Origin: the human T2T-CHM13v2.0 reference genome, Homo sapiens
Strand: one strand, 5' to 3'
DNA length: 64,000 bases
NCBI RefSeq assembly: GCF_009914755.1
Contig: NC_060930.1
The number at the start of each line of letters is the position of its first letter. The first letter of the stretch is position 1. Under the pieces are notes generated by a model. That model had not been told where the DNA came from. It did not search any database and worked only from the letters and a program-made list of their open reading frames with translations. The position numbers and the translations under genes are program-made. Positions 9,268 to 26,996 of the stretch are shown piece after piece.

Positions 9268-11123
9268 GTGAGTGCAGGGTTTGCTCCTGGAGGCACCGCA
9301 GGAGGCCAGCCTCTGCTGCCAGCTCTGTCATCTTTGGGCAGATTCGATGGGACTTTAGACACTTGCTTTGCTCCCTCTGGGGTCTGGAGTAGATGTAGAC
9401 ACATCCTGTGAGTGAGGTGACCAGGGTGATTTAGGAGCACCATTAGAAAACCTGACATCACTGCTTGTGGTTCTGCTGACCGTTTCAGCCACTGGCTTGA
9501 ATGGAGTCATTTTGGCTTCTTCACTGGCACCTCTCTGAATTTCTAGGAATGTGCCTTTACCTTTACCGAGGGCCCCTCTTCAGCCAACATTCTCACGATG
9601 TGGAATAATTGCTTGGAAGTGTAGAAGGGCTTCTCATTTTGAGAAGCTGATCATCCTTCCAGGTTGAGCCACAAATAAGTCCTCCTCCTCTACTCCCTGG
9701 GGACATTAGTTCTGGTCCCTCATCTCTAAAACATTGATGTGCCTAAGAGTAATACACATTTTGGTCTTCCTCTGAACTTTAATATAGCTTGCAAACAAAT
9801 ATGGATTCAATCTGATTTTTAAAGTTTTATTTCTAAAAAAAAAAAAAAAAATCCCTGCACCATGGAGATCTTACCTACTATAAAGAAGGCACCTCTAGGC
9901 TTGGCAAGCACACGTGCTATATGTATATTTATTTTTCAGATAATATTTTGGATTGTTTTTAAATGGGATTTGTTTTTATATTAAAACCAAATAGCTTAAG
10001 GTTTGGAATTCTCATCTTGCCCTCTGGCATCTTTAAAAATCAGTGATGAAAAATACTAACTAAATTCTGAAGGTTTCAGGGAGGCGAGAGTTGTGGCACT
10101 TTTGCTGCTCAGAGGGGAGCTGGAGTTTGACCTACCAGCTCTTTCTAGTTGTGAATGAGGCTTGCACCTTTTTTTCTGAGGTGCTCGTGAGTAACTGAGG
10201 ATGCCCTTTGGGAGGAGGTGCTTCTGAGCAGGAAGGCTTGTGTTTGTTTTTAGAAACTTTCAAACCCTTGTCTTGAACACCTAAGACTTGTGTGGGTGCC
10301 TGAAGAGTAGGAAATAAACAGCTATTTATATCTCGGCAACCTCGTGATTTCTGATGACATTAAATGAAATGAAACCTGCCCCGAGAATCACCTCGAATGG
10401 CCAACACCCACTCTCTTTGGGGCGCACTGTCTGACTCGCTTTCAGACAGTGTGTTGAAGCAGAGAATTGAGACAGTGATGTGGGTTAAGTCTCAAAACCT
10501 GCTGTTGAGGAATAAGATAGTTTTGTGGGTTTCTTTTTTTGGTATGCATGATACAGATTAATTATCAGCCATGAGCACATTTATTAGATAACTGTGATTC
10601 CCATTGATTTTGGGGTTCCATACAGTTACCAGTGGCAGCTGCCTCCTGTCTGTGCCACTCCCCTGCGGTCTGGCTGAGGAGCTTGTGCAAACCCAGCTTG
10701 GTTCTTTCAACTCATGGGCGATATTTTAAAGAGGCTTCTGAAATCAGCAAAACGTTTGTAAATGGATTCATCTTGTTTAAAGTTTCAGAGAGCGCAGTTT
10801 TAGAGTTCTTTTCAAACTTAAACACAAAGCCCAGTGGGAATTTCAGCAGACTTTACATGAACTTTTAGAGTATTTTTCTCATTAATTTCTTTCTTTTCAC
10901 AAGAATTAATTTTGTGATAAAAACACCACATATCCAGTGTGGAAAACTAATTTAAAAATCAGAAAAACAAAAATGGAAAATAAAAATATCACATTCTACC
11001 ACCCAGAAATCACCATTAAGGCCTCAGTGCTTACCCTTTAATGTGTGTATGTGAGTGTGTTTATATATAAATTATATAGACATAAATAATTAAGCACCTA
11101 ATTCTATATATAATTTATATATG

Positions 11124-11147
11124 TACACACACACACACACACACACA
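11124..11147. repeat. (CA)n microsatellite
   Basis: About 11 CA units. Confidence 0.85.
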
Positions 11148-11754
11148 TTTGCTTTTTACCTAAATGATGTCATGTTATTATTTTGGGGACGTTTCAGGTA
11201 TGTGGACCGACTTGCTTCTTTCTGAAACACCGTTATATTTTTTGCTAGTATAAATTAAACTTAGGGTTCATTTCCTCCAAAGTAAAAATTGATTTGCTTA
11301 AAGATGAATTTTCATTCAGTGACACATGACTTAAATGACATCACCACTATCATCATCATAATTCACAAATAAGACTTAGCAAGTTCTTAATAGTGATGCT
11401 CTATAATAGGAATTCAACTTACATTTCCAGAAAATTAATGAAAGATACACTTGTTCCTTAAAAAAAGAGTCGGTGGCCACATACGTTTGTAATATGCTGG
11501 TTTAGACAGATTAAATGGGTTTCTTTCCACGGGACTTCTCCAAGTGTTGACCGAGCTCATGCTGTCTGTGGATCTCTGGGGGAGACAAGGGCACGCTGTG
11601 TTTCCCAGGCCTCCTTGACGCGGGAACCTTTTGTTCCCCCACGGGACATGTGGGACACTAGAGTTCCACCACAGGTGCTTGGCTCTGTGGAGTCGTTGGC
11701 CTCGAGGTGGTGTCCTTGGCCCCCAGCACTGACTCCGGAGCTCTGTGTTTGCAG

Positions 11755-12108
11755 ACTGCCGGCTGCACATCTGCCTGTACTACCGGGAAATCCTCGTGAA
11801 GGAGCTGACCACGTCCAGCCCCGAGGGCTGCCGGATCTCCCATGGACATACGTATGACGCCAGCAACCTGGACCAGGTCCTGTTCCCCTACCCAGAGGAC
11901 AATGGCCAGAGGAAAAACATTGAGAAGCTGCTGAGCCACCTGGAGAGGGGCGTGGTCCTCTGGATGGCCCCCGACGGGCTCTATGCGAAAAGACTGTGCC
12001 AGAGCAGGATCTACTGGGACGGGCCCCTGGCGCTGTGCAACGACCGGCCCAACAAACTGGAGAGAGACCAGACCTGCAAGCTCTTTGACACACAGCAGTT
12101 CTTGTCAG
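11755..12108 (+). CDS. IRF4: IRF4 exon 7 (IRF association domain)
   Basis: Acceptor tttgcag|, encodes CRLHICLYYREILVKE...AKRLCQSRIYW...FDTQQFLS, donor G|GTAAGG. 354 nt. Confidence 0.98.
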
Positions 12109-13080
12109 GTAAGGCACCTCGTTATCTGTTAGAATGGAGGTGGTGATGGCCTGCCTGCCACAGGGGTCAGAAACCACAGGGTCCCTCCCACCCCAGGCTG
12201 AGGTCTTCCTCCTGTTGACTTCGGCGCCCACTGGGCTTGGGGCTTGACTCCAGTAGAGATCTTCTGTCTGGCTCTGTTGTGGGCAGAGAGTCCGGATCAG
12301 ATGGTCCAGGTGGACCATGGCTCAGGCTGTTCTCTTGCAATTCTGGTTTTCAGCAGTCGCCTCTTAAAACAGTTCCATTTCATTGCACTATGATCTCGAC
12401 AAATACGTCTGCTGATGTGGCGGCTCTTTTCAGGTTCCCAGAAAAATCATAAAGGTTGGAAGCATATTGTTAACATTCTTGGTTGTCAGGTGTGTCACCC
12501 TCATGCAGATGCTGGCCCACGAGTGAGACGGAGGGTGGAGTGGACTGTACTGGTTTTGCACAGGAGAAGTTATAGGAGAGTGCTATAAGTTGGCTCTGTG
12601 ATATGAACATTTCTAAGCATATTTTTCAGAACCAGTGAGTTTTGTTTTTCTACCTTGGATTTCATGACAATTCAGCGAACCTCTGGCTGGCTTCTGTGAA
12701 GCCCCTCGCCCTGTCATGCTGGGCTTCCTCACTGGCTTTGTGGGGCTGTCCAGGTGGAGGGAGCCTCCCGCGTGGGAGGGAGCTGCTCTACCCGCCACTC
12801 GCCACCCCACCGCCAACTCTTCCTCTGCCTTTTCCCAGTCCTGTCCCTTCCTGAGCCCCTTCAGAAACTCCTGTGTCTTTGATTTCTCATGTGCCTCCCC
12901 TTTTCTTGAATGTGCTTCTTCATTCAACTTATTTAAAATAAAAATATGACACGTCTGTGTGCTCTGGCACTGTTGACATGTGCTCGTACTTCTGGGTGTA
13001 AGTGACCCAAGTTTTTGTAAGCTCATCCAGATTTTCTTTTGGTGCCCAAAGCAAATATGTCCCCAGATAACTAAGCTTCA

Positions 13081-13383
13081 GGCCAGGTGTGGTGGCCCAT
13101 GCCTGTAATCCCAGCACTTTAGGAGGCTGAGGTGGGCAGATCACTTGAGGCCAGGAGTTCAAGACCAGCCTGGCCAACATGGCAAAACCCCGTCTCTACT
13201 AAAGATACAAAAATTAGCTGGGCGTGATGGTGGGCGCCTGTAATCCCAGCTACTCAGGAGGATGAGGCACAAGAATCGCTTGAACCTGTGGGAGGCGGAG
13301 GTTGCAGTGAGCTGAGATCGCACCACGGTGCTGCAGTTTGCAGGACAGAGCGAGACTCCATTGCCCCCCGCACCACAAAAAAA
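13081..13383 (+). mobile_element. AluS SINE in intron 7
   Basis: Full dimer with a diverged 3' end and flanking duplication ATAACTAAGCT. Confidence 0.93.
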
Positions 13384-15348
13384 TAACTAAGCTCACACAG
13401 AGGCTGACCATAGGAAGAGGGAGAACTGTGCTGGTTCCCCGAGGCGGCGGCAAGTGAGGAAGTCACCTGGGGCTGGACACCTCTCATTCTAAGGGCAGAA
13501 CCATCCCCAAGCCCTGGCCAGGGCGGTCCCATCCTTCTTGGGGTTGGGCATGGTGTTCATGGGGGACCAAGGAAATTGAAGGGCAACTGGGGGGACCCCC
13601 CCTCCCCTGTCAGCATCTCCTGTGTCTGCCTTGGGATCTGGAAGAGCTCACATGGGCCAGGAAGGCTAAGGCCCACTGGGCCTGGATTTCTGAAGACTCT
13701 GGACCTTGGTGCCAGTGGATTCAGAAGATACCACAAGGTGAGGGCTTTCTAATGAAAGTGTCACAAGGAACTGGCACTGGCTTTTCTGAGTGCCTCTTGC
13801 TGGGCGTTTTTAGGGAGGTAGAGCCCCCGTGGTGACTAAGCTGGAAGGTGCACATTGAGTCACAGGTGCACTGCGTGAGAGACAGCACAGGCAGGGGGTG
13901 GACGCCTGTGAGTGTCCTGGGGCTGTAGACTTGCACGACTAGAACTTACTATTAATCTGTGAGCAAGAGCTGGTCTTGGCTTTCATTCCTTCCTCTGTAA
14001 CCAAGGGCTGTGCTCTTTGCCCACTGCAGCCTCTCACCTCAAAGTGTTCACTGAGGTTCAAGGAGGATGCTGTGAACGTAAAAACTGCAGCTGTGCCAAC
14101 CAGCTTCTGCATAATTAAGGATTCCCACCGAACACTCTCATGTTATCTAGGGTTGGAGCCATGCTTTCTCAGAGAATTGTGCCAACTCGCCATTCTGATT
14201 AGCCTGTGTAGGTGTAGTCTCAGATCACGGCAGTGTGAATGTATTTTACAGATTCTGACTAAGTCATTTGGGTTTGATTTGAATTCTGGAAAAAAAAAAA
14301 AGCAGGAAGTCAAATAGTCCTGTAAGTTAGCTAGAAACTTCTGTTCAGTTGAAGAGAACAGTGGAGATCTTTGATATCTTCCTATTCAGGTCTGCACAGC
14401 ACTAGGGACAGCCCCCAGGGCCCGGCCCGAGGGTGTGTATCTGATAAGGACGCGTCTGTTCTGCAGAAGCTGTAGCGGCTCCTGTGTCAACTCGTTTCTT
14501 TTGCGGGCGTGACATTTTATTGTAGCTACAGGCAGAAGATTTGTCTTGTGTACAGGGGAGGGAGCATGGGCTAAAGTCAGGGGATGGGCACTTGTCTTTC
14601 CAACAATGTTCCAGTCCGTTTTGTATCTTTTGGGTAGGTGTGGTGGCTTCAGGATGTACATGTGTATATCCACAAGCGGGAGGCCAGGGGGGCTGCCCCA
14701 CTCCTGTTCTCAAGTCAAGTTACTGTTCCATCCCTGGAGACAGGCAAGAAGTCTACTCAGAGTTACACAGTTCAGGCATAGTGACAGTGGGACTCAGCTG
14801 CCGATGGCTGGTGCTCAGTCACCACGTTGACGTTACATATTTTCTGTGGTGCCTGAGTTACGTGGATGTCCGCAGTAGCACAGATACTGGATTATGTGGG
14901 CTCTGTAGTGAGGGGATGAGGTTTTAAAATGATCCTGGGATGTCGAAACATTCTGATTTTTTAAATGAAAACTTGTCCATGGCATAAATTGGTCTTTTGC
15001 CATTGCGTGACTACGTTTCTTGTTCTTTATCTCCCGACTTCACTGTGGTCTACTACCTTTTGAATCTTCGTGGGTCCAATGCTGCAAAGCAGTGTTCTTT
15101 AGCTGTCGACTAGTTCCTCTTGAAGAATCGAGGGAGACCGAGGGCCCTGGGGGGAAAGCACCCAAAGGAATGCATACATGCTATTTTGTATCTGAGATGT
15201 TCACATCAAGAGCCCCACTCAGCGGAGTAAGAGTGCTCATTCCTCTTGCAGTGTTCAGAATCACAGTAAGCTCTTGCTTCCTGTTTAACCTGGTGTGTTC
15301 GGTGATGAGGGTTTCTGAACATGGTCTCTTTCTTGTGGGCTTCTACAG

Positions 15349-15461
15349 AGCTGCAAGCGTTTGCTCACCACGGCCGCTCCCTGCCAAGATTCCAGGTGAC
15401 TCTATGCTTTGGAGAGGAGTTTCCAGACCCTCAGAGGCAAAGAAAGCTCATCACAGCTCAC
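15349..15461 (+). CDS. IRF4: IRF4 exon 8
   Basis: Acceptor ttctacag|, encodes LQAFAHHGRSLPRFQVTLCFGEEFPDPQRQRKLITAH, donor C|GTGAGT. 113 nt. Confidence 0.98.
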
Positions 15462-16592
15462 GTGAGTCCTCAGTTACACTCCTACCATAGTGGCTTCCTG
15501 TTCTTTGTAAAGGCCAGAGTTTCATTTAGAAAAGTCCCAAATGAAAAGTAAATGTCAAATGACCTGGAAAAATAAGCGTAACCCTTAAACTAGTGAGGGA
15601 GGAAGCATGGTCCAACGAGCAGCACAGTCTGAGGACTCACGTGCTCCTCCCAGACTTGAGATCTGCTCATCAAAGAACCAGGGAGGACAGCCTCAAAGGA
15701 GGGTGCCTCTTTCCCCATCTTTTTTATTTTTCAGGAAAGTTGTCGTATTTCCATTTTATAGGGATTGAAAAAGATTGATGGTTAAAGTTGCCCTTTAAAA
15801 TTCTCCAGGTTAAGATTGCTGTAAGAATGCTATCTAGCTAGTGGATCTTCATTCAATGGAAAAGCTTTTCCCAAATGAGAAACTATCCATTCCCTGGAGG
15901 CATTTTGTAGGTCTCTGCAGCTGTGTCCTAGCACCTCTTTTATTTCTGGAATTTTAGAAATTATTTAATTATTGGGCATATGATATTTGAAAGAGGCTGA
16001 ATCTTTCAAGGAATTCAAGCAAATCAGACCCTCTCGTAATGTTCTCTAGCATAGCTCAAGATGGGTTCAACTGTGGCAAGTAACACTAAAAGGGTAGGGT
16101 TAGGATTAGGGTTAGAGTTTTCTTTTTTATGAGAAAAGGTTTCCATAGATAACATGAAGCATTAATTTGCCATGGGAAACAGAATCTTGAACCCTTAAGA
16201 CTTTTGAATTTGAAAACTTCACATTGCTACGTACTTGCAAGCATTATTAACGGGCTTGCATGCTGAGCAATACCAGGTAAAAGTTACACCCCCTAACATC
16301 AAAGTTCTCATCATGTTCTAGCTCTGATGCTATTTCTCATTGAGAACTGAAATGAAACATGGTTTAATCTTGAACATACAACCCCCCTTCTTGATTTTAA
16401 AAACAAAGACCAGCCAACCAACCAGTATATAATCCCATAGACTCAGGAGTTTTCTCATGAGTTCTCTCCAGTGATTGACTTAATAATTGATATGATTGTT
16501 GAAATAATAACTGATACATTGTTAACAACAGGAATTGCTAAATGACTAAATAAACTTGGCATTGATAAGCAGCATTTAAGAAGTTGATGATC

Positions 16593-16890
16593 GGCCGGGC
16601 ACAGTGGCTCACGCCTGTAATCCCGGCACTTTGGGAGGCTGAGGCGGGCAGATCATGTGGTCAGGAGTTCGAGACCAGCCTGACCAACATGGTGAAACCC
16701 CCTCTCTACTAAAAATACAAAAATTAGCCGGGCGTGGTGGTGCGCACCTGTAATCCCAGCTACTCGGGAGGCTGAAGCAAGGGAGTCACTTGAACCCAGG
16801 AGTCAGAGCTTGCAGTGAGCCGAGATTGCACCACTGCACTCCAGCCTGGGTGACAGAGTGAGACTCTGTCTCAAAAAAAAAACAAAAAAA
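16593..16890 (+). mobile_element. AluS SINE in intron 8
   Basis: Full dimer with poly-A tail and TSD AAGAAGTTGATGATC on both sides. Confidence 0.95.
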
Positions 16891-17719
16891 AGAAGTTGAT
16901 GATCAGCTCAGCTATCACATCAATCCAGTTTTAAAGTTGACATGGATGCAAGTCACTGTCCTCTAAGTCAGGGAAAGATGGATCCCCAGATGACCCCCTC
17001 ATGCTGAAGACGAGGCTGCGTGGTCCATAAAATGAATAAACACACGTGTACACCTATGAGTTCCACTTTTAAAAATTATTAATTTAATTCATTTCAGGTA
17101 CTTAGGAGTTTAGCTTAAGTCGTCATATATAAAATACAGTCTCTAATATCATGATTGATGGAGAGCATTCAGCTTGCCTTAGATGCTGTAAATTCAGGAA
17201 AAGCTGAACATTAAGGCGTTTTTGTTTTTTGGTGAGTGTGATCCACGCTAATAACCAGACAGTATAAATTTGAGGCCAGTTAGCTTCTCTTTTTCCACAA
17301 TAGTAGTTTTGTTGTTGTTTAACTTTACTTTTTATTTCTTTTACCTCTGGTTGAGAACTATACAGATTACCTAGAAATCAAATCATTCAGGATGAGCTCC
17401 TTGTTTCTTTCAAACTGCAGTTGTGGAAAAACAAAATCATTGGCCTAAATTACCCTGCAGATTCCCTCAGACTTCCTTTTAATTTGATCACTTTACTTGA
17501 TTTGATGCAGTTTTAGTTAAATGTACATTTTAAGTGGCAGTCGATTTGAAAGTAACATCTTTAACCCAGAATTAAGTCACTTTGGCTGTTTTTTTACATG
17601 TTGATCTATGGAAGGACTAACCAAAAAATTGCTTCTTTAGATGGCTCCAAATATGAAATGTTTTGATGTGTTCTAGGATGTAACTTTGGGCTTTACGTTA
17701 CTGTCTCCTTAGAATCTGA

Positions 17720-21772
<4,053 letters not shown>

Positions 21773-22474
21773 GGAATGTGTGTGTGTGTTATTAAACATG
21801 CATCCTGATAGCTTTTAAAGCACTTTCTCCTGCGGTTACGTTCCTTCAGAGAGGCTGCTGTACGTGTCTCTGAAATCAGATCTCCAAGTGTTCACCTTGT
21901 TAAAGAGACAAACGCTGGCCAAGTGCCGGGCGGCTCCTCCCACACAGAGGAGTGTCTGTGAAGAGTAATCATCCTGCTCTCCCGTTAGCATCTGCCTCCT
22001 CTTCCTTTATCTGTACTTTAAAAGGTTTAGGGCTTTCAAGGAAGTTGTTTTTAATGTTTTCTTTTGTTTATATTCGAAGCTCCTCTGATTTTGGTCATTG
22101 CTAAAAAGAAGGGATATAGGTTAACTAACACTCCAAATGTGAAAATCAAATGGAAAACTGGATAAAGAGAACAGGATTTAGATGGAACCCCTGGGGATCC
22201 GTACGTCTGCTGTTGACCTCAGCTCCAAACTCTTCCTCTCTCTGAGCAGCCAGGCAAGGGAGTCTCCTTTCTCAGCTTCATCGCTTCTACTGATTACATG
22301 GCTCAGCTCCTATGCACCTACTAACTTCCAGTCCAGCAGAAAAACTCAAAGAACCAGGCTGCAGCTGCTGGTGCTAAAATCCTTGCAGCTGAAGGTTACA
22401 TAGAGCTGTCAGAAAAGTTTGTAGTTTGGATCTAGAACCCCCCCTAGAATAGTAGATTAGCATAATTTTGATTT

Positions 22475-25400
22475 TGCTAAATGGTAAAATTTCTTTTCTA
22501 AACCCTCACAAGTTCAGTTGAGAAACTTTCCTGAAAACAAAGATCAATAAATCTTAGCATAGTGATAAGACAAAGGAGACAGCAGCTCCAGTGTTTTAAA
22601 AGGGGACAAAAATGAGAGAAGGTAGTAAAATCTGTTCCCAGATTCCACTGCTGCCTTCGCTGTTCCCAGGAAGGAAGGATTTATGTCCTGATCTCAGGAG
22701 ACAGGCTTCAGCAGAGTGCTTCCCTGTGAGTTCTGTGTTCCTAACTTAACAATTCTCAATATTTTGGGGAGAAATATTTTGGTTTCCTTCAGTCCCCCCT
22801 TGAAGCTTTACTTTCAGAAAGTTTCACATGTTAAAAGCTAAGTTGGTAGTTTTGGAGAGATTTGGGTTAGAAGTTTTAAGATAAGAGATTTGGCAAAGGA
22901 GGAGGAGAACATAGTTTGGAACAAGCAGAAAGGAACCAATTTGGGTACATTGTTCCATCTCTTATTGTATCAGTCTTTCAGTCCTGAAAATAGGTCAGTT
23001 CCGTTAAATCATTGCATCCCATTTCAGAGGTGGTGTAAGTGGGCTTCCATAAGAGTTACGTCTTCCATGTGGTGTAGGCACACAGGTACTTTATCAGAGA
23101 CATTTGTATGGAAATAAAAAGAAAACAAAAGTCTATGTTTCAAGCAGTCTATAAGCTAGTTTCTGGAGAGCAACCAGCTGAGATTTCTAGATTTGGGTTC
23201 AAATAATTTTAAGTTGGAGTGGACAGGCAGTGGCAATCTGACAGATTTTTCTGGATTATAGTTTGCATCAGACGTTCCAGTGAAGTTTTTGTCCATAAAT
23301 AAATTGTGATGACTTCTCCAAAGTTTATATCAAGTTGTTCAGCTTTCATTTGCAGGGCTTCAGGAAAGGCACGGTTTTAATTCCTAGTGATTTCAAGTCA
23401 GAAAGGTGGGAGAAAGTTGGGAATGTTAGTCTGAAGAGCCATAGCAGATATTAGAGGAAACTAAAACTTCAGGATTCAGTCCAGATAATTTTTAAAAACT
23501 CTAAAACAATGGACAGGGCTAGAATCTAATAACAGCTATGCTATAGCTGTTCTGAAACATTTTTTCTCTCTACAGTCACCTCCCTGTTTACCAAAGATAA
23601 TCACAATAAGTCCAGTTTACTTACAAAACAAGTTTAGTGTCATTATATTTAACCGGATCATTTACATAAGTACAGCAAGAACAGTGATTTAACATATAAG
23701 CTCTTTTTAAGTCAGCGTTGCTGGAACTTTTCGTAAAGAATTTTATTAGATTAGAACACTAAAACCCTCTTCAGACTAGGAAGCCGTGCCACAGACTTAC
23801 CAACAGATTTTATCTGAGATACCTGGGTAAATTTTTTTCTTGAGGTCTCCAAAATGTTTTGAGGTTCCTGGGCTTGTCAGAAAATGACATTATTTACTTA
23901 CTGCAAGGCTAGAAGTGCTGGAAGGGCACCGCATAGTTCAGGAACAAAGTGCCAGGCCAGTTCTTTCAAGGGTTTTATTGGCTCCTTAAAGTTAACGTTC
24001 ATTCCTTAAAGCAGTCTGGTCACATCTGAAAAAATGACGTCCCAGTCATAGCCTTGATGATATAACCTGTGTTTCCAATTTTTCCAGTCCGAAGAGACCA
24101 GATTCCTAGTGAACTTATGCAAATAACTATCTTGCCATAAAAATAGAATTTCTCACATACAGTTTCTAAATCCTGGAGGGCTCAGGTAAAGAAAAAGATA
24201 AATGTTTCAATATTTGTGCACAAAAATATACTTTACAAAATTACTGTAAAGCTGTAGATTACTTAAGAGGGAAAAAAAGTTTTCTCAACTATGGAAAGAA
24301 AACATAAAAAGAATCAGCAATGCTTTAAACAAAAAATGTTGCAAAAAATCATTTTAGTCCTTCCTTGGTTTAGTTTCGTGTAATTCTTGTTTTGCTTGAT
24401 TTGGGGTTACTAATTTTATGAGTCCAGTTTTTTTTTCATTAGCATTCTGGGAATTTTTAATGACTCCAATAATATGGTCTCAAAGTTGTCAGGAACCTGT
24501 ATTCAAGAGTACTTCTTTCAGTCCTTTCTATGAACCTTCTTGAAGACATAACACTTTAGGATCTGCAAAGAGCTTTTAGAAAAAGTATCATAATAAAGCA
24601 ATTAATAGCAGATAACAAGACTTAAAATGGACATAGTTAAAGACACAATTGACATGGAAATTTGGTTACTTTCTGTGGCTTACAACAATTTAACATAATA
24701 CCCATAATTATAACTGACAACATTACCAAAACATATCAGATTTTTAGGAATCTCATACAATTTTAGAACACATATTAATAACATATCCATATGATATAGT
24801 TTGGATCTGAGTCCCCACCCAAATCTCATGTTGAAATGTAATCCCCAATGCCAGAGGAGAGGCCTGGTAGAAGGTGACTGGATCATTGGGGTGGTCCCTC
24901 ATGAGTGGTTTAGCACCATCCTCTCAGTACTGCTCTCATGATGGTGAGTGAGTGCTCTCAAGATCTGGTTATTTAAAAGTGTGTAGCACCTCCCCCACTT
25001 CCTCCTCCTGCTCCTGCCATATAAGATATGCTTGGTTCCCCTTCACCATCCACTATGATTGTATGTTTACTGAGGCCTTCCCAGAAGCCAAGCAGATGCT
25101 GCCATGCTTCCTGTACAGCTGGCAGAACTGTGAGCTAATTAAACCTCTTTTCTTTATAAATTACCCAGTCTCAGGTATTTATTTATGAAGTGCAAGAATG
25201 GAGTAATATAGAAAATTGGTACCAGTAGTGGGATATTGTGATAAAGATACCTGAAAATGTGGAAGTGGGTTTGGAACTGGATAATAGACAGAGATTGGAA
25301 GAGTGTGGAGGCTCAGAAGAAGACAGGAAGATAAGGGAAAATTTGGAACTCCCGAAGGACTTGCTGAATGATTGTGACCAAAATGCTGATAGTGATATAG

Positions 25401-26996
25401 ACAATGAAGGCCAGGCTGAGGAGGTCTCAGATGGAAATGAGGAACTTATTGGGAACTGGAGTAATGGTCGCTTTCGTTACGCATTAGCAAAGAGCCTCTA
25501 CTCTAAAGATTTGTGGAACTTTGAACTTGGGAGCAATGATTTAGGGTATTTGGCAGAAGAAACTTCTAAGCAGTGAAGTGTTTAAGATGTGACCTGGCTG
25601 CTTCTAACAGCTTATGCTTATATGTGTGAACAAAGAAATAACCTGAAACTGGAACTTATATTTAAAATGGAAGCAGAGCATAAAAGTTTGAAAAATTTGC
25701 AGCCTGGTCATGTGATAAAGAAAGGAAAATTTCGCTAGCACCTCTATCTAGGGTCTCAGGTTCTCATCTGACAAAGTACACAAAGGCCTTACAACCCCAT
25801 GTGTCCATAGATAGAAGAATAAAAAAAGACAGTCTGTAAGAGAGGAAATCAAAAGCTGTTCATGGTAGTAGAAAGGATTACCAATGGGTACCACAAAAAG
25901 TCAAGACTCATATAAATAATTAAAAACAAGGCATTTACACTAATTTGTATAAATGTTTCTCTCCCAAGCTAAGGTATTTACTAAGGAAATCAATTTGGTG
26001 GTGGGTCTAAAGAACTTTATTTAACTCTGTGTCAAATCCAATCTCTGCTTGAATGCTGCTTAATTAATTCCCTGAATAACATTTCAAAAACATGGTAAGA
26101 TTAACATCTTCCATGGGCTGAGAAAGGCTTAGAGAATTAGGCTGAAGAGTGTTTTGTCAATCTTGCAATGACTTACAGGCATTTGAAAAGTGAACTTCTC
26201 TAAAAGAAATTTATTTTAAATATAGCCAGTCTAATTTATTTCAAAGTGATGTAAACCAATAAGCCAAAATAAAAACACCAGAGTCACTATATCCAAGAGC
26301 CAATTTATACAAATAATTTTCTCCTATTTAAATTTGGAAATGAAGGAAAAAAGAAAAAACTCTTACCCTCCCCTCTCAACTGAGCACTAAAAATAGAGAT
26401 GTGAAGAGCTGACGTTGGTAAGAAACCTTACCCTTTTCTGCTGGTTTCTTTCAGATCTCTCAGAGCTCCATCCATTGGCCCTAGTGTGAGCAAAGTGTGC
26501 CTTTGTGGTTGTCAAATTGAAGGAAAGAAAATATGATTTATTTTCTCAATCCTCATATTTTCTTACCTGAGACACTTTCCTGAAAAAAAAAAGATTAACA
26601 AGAGAAAAGCCAGAAGAAGTTTATTGATGAATATTGTACCCATCACCTAGAAGAAGGCCTCAGTTCAAATGTATTTCTCTCCCAGGGCAGAGTAGATGAG
26701 GAATCTTTCTTAAGTAGTATTTTAACAAAAAACAATAAATCGTAGCATAGAGACAAAGCAAAGGAGGGGGCAGTTCCAGTCTTTTAAAAACTGGGAAAAT
26801 GTGGGAAGATAGTAAACCTTGTTCCCAGATTGTTCTGGTGCTTGCTGATGCCTTCTCTGGGCCAATTTCTAGTAAGGAAGGATTTATGTCCTGACATCAG
26901 GCAAATAGAGGTGGGGCAGAGTGTTTCCTTGCATTTTCAGTGTGTTTAACTTAATAATCCTCAATATTTTTGGAAGAAGTATTTTGGTTTCCTTCA
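22475..26996 (-). mobile_element. Decayed ERV1-class provirus (MER34/MER4-group-like) with two LTRs
   Basis: Two homologous segments (~22475-22791 and 26518-26996) both begin TGAAGGAAACCAAAATA on the minus strand. A PPT-like AAGGGGGGAC precedes the left copy and a PBS-like TTTGACAACCACAAAGG follows the right copy. No retroviral ORFs. Family name is from memory of consensus ends. Confidence 0.7.
24792..25720 (+). mobile_element. MST (ERVL-MaLR) LTR (24792-25210) plus 5' internal fragment, nested in the ERV1 remnant
   Basis: TGATATAGTTTGGATCTG...AAATCTCATGTTGAAATGTAATCCCC start and ATTAAACCTCTTTTCTTTATAAATTACCCAGTCTCAGG near the end, then TTGGTACCAG and a MaLR internal ORF remnant (KIPENVEVGLELDN). 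Confidence 0.85.

Noticed and set aside
25238-25576. 112-aa acidic ORF
   Set aside because: Remnant of the MaLR internal ORF, truncated by a stop. Not a host gene.
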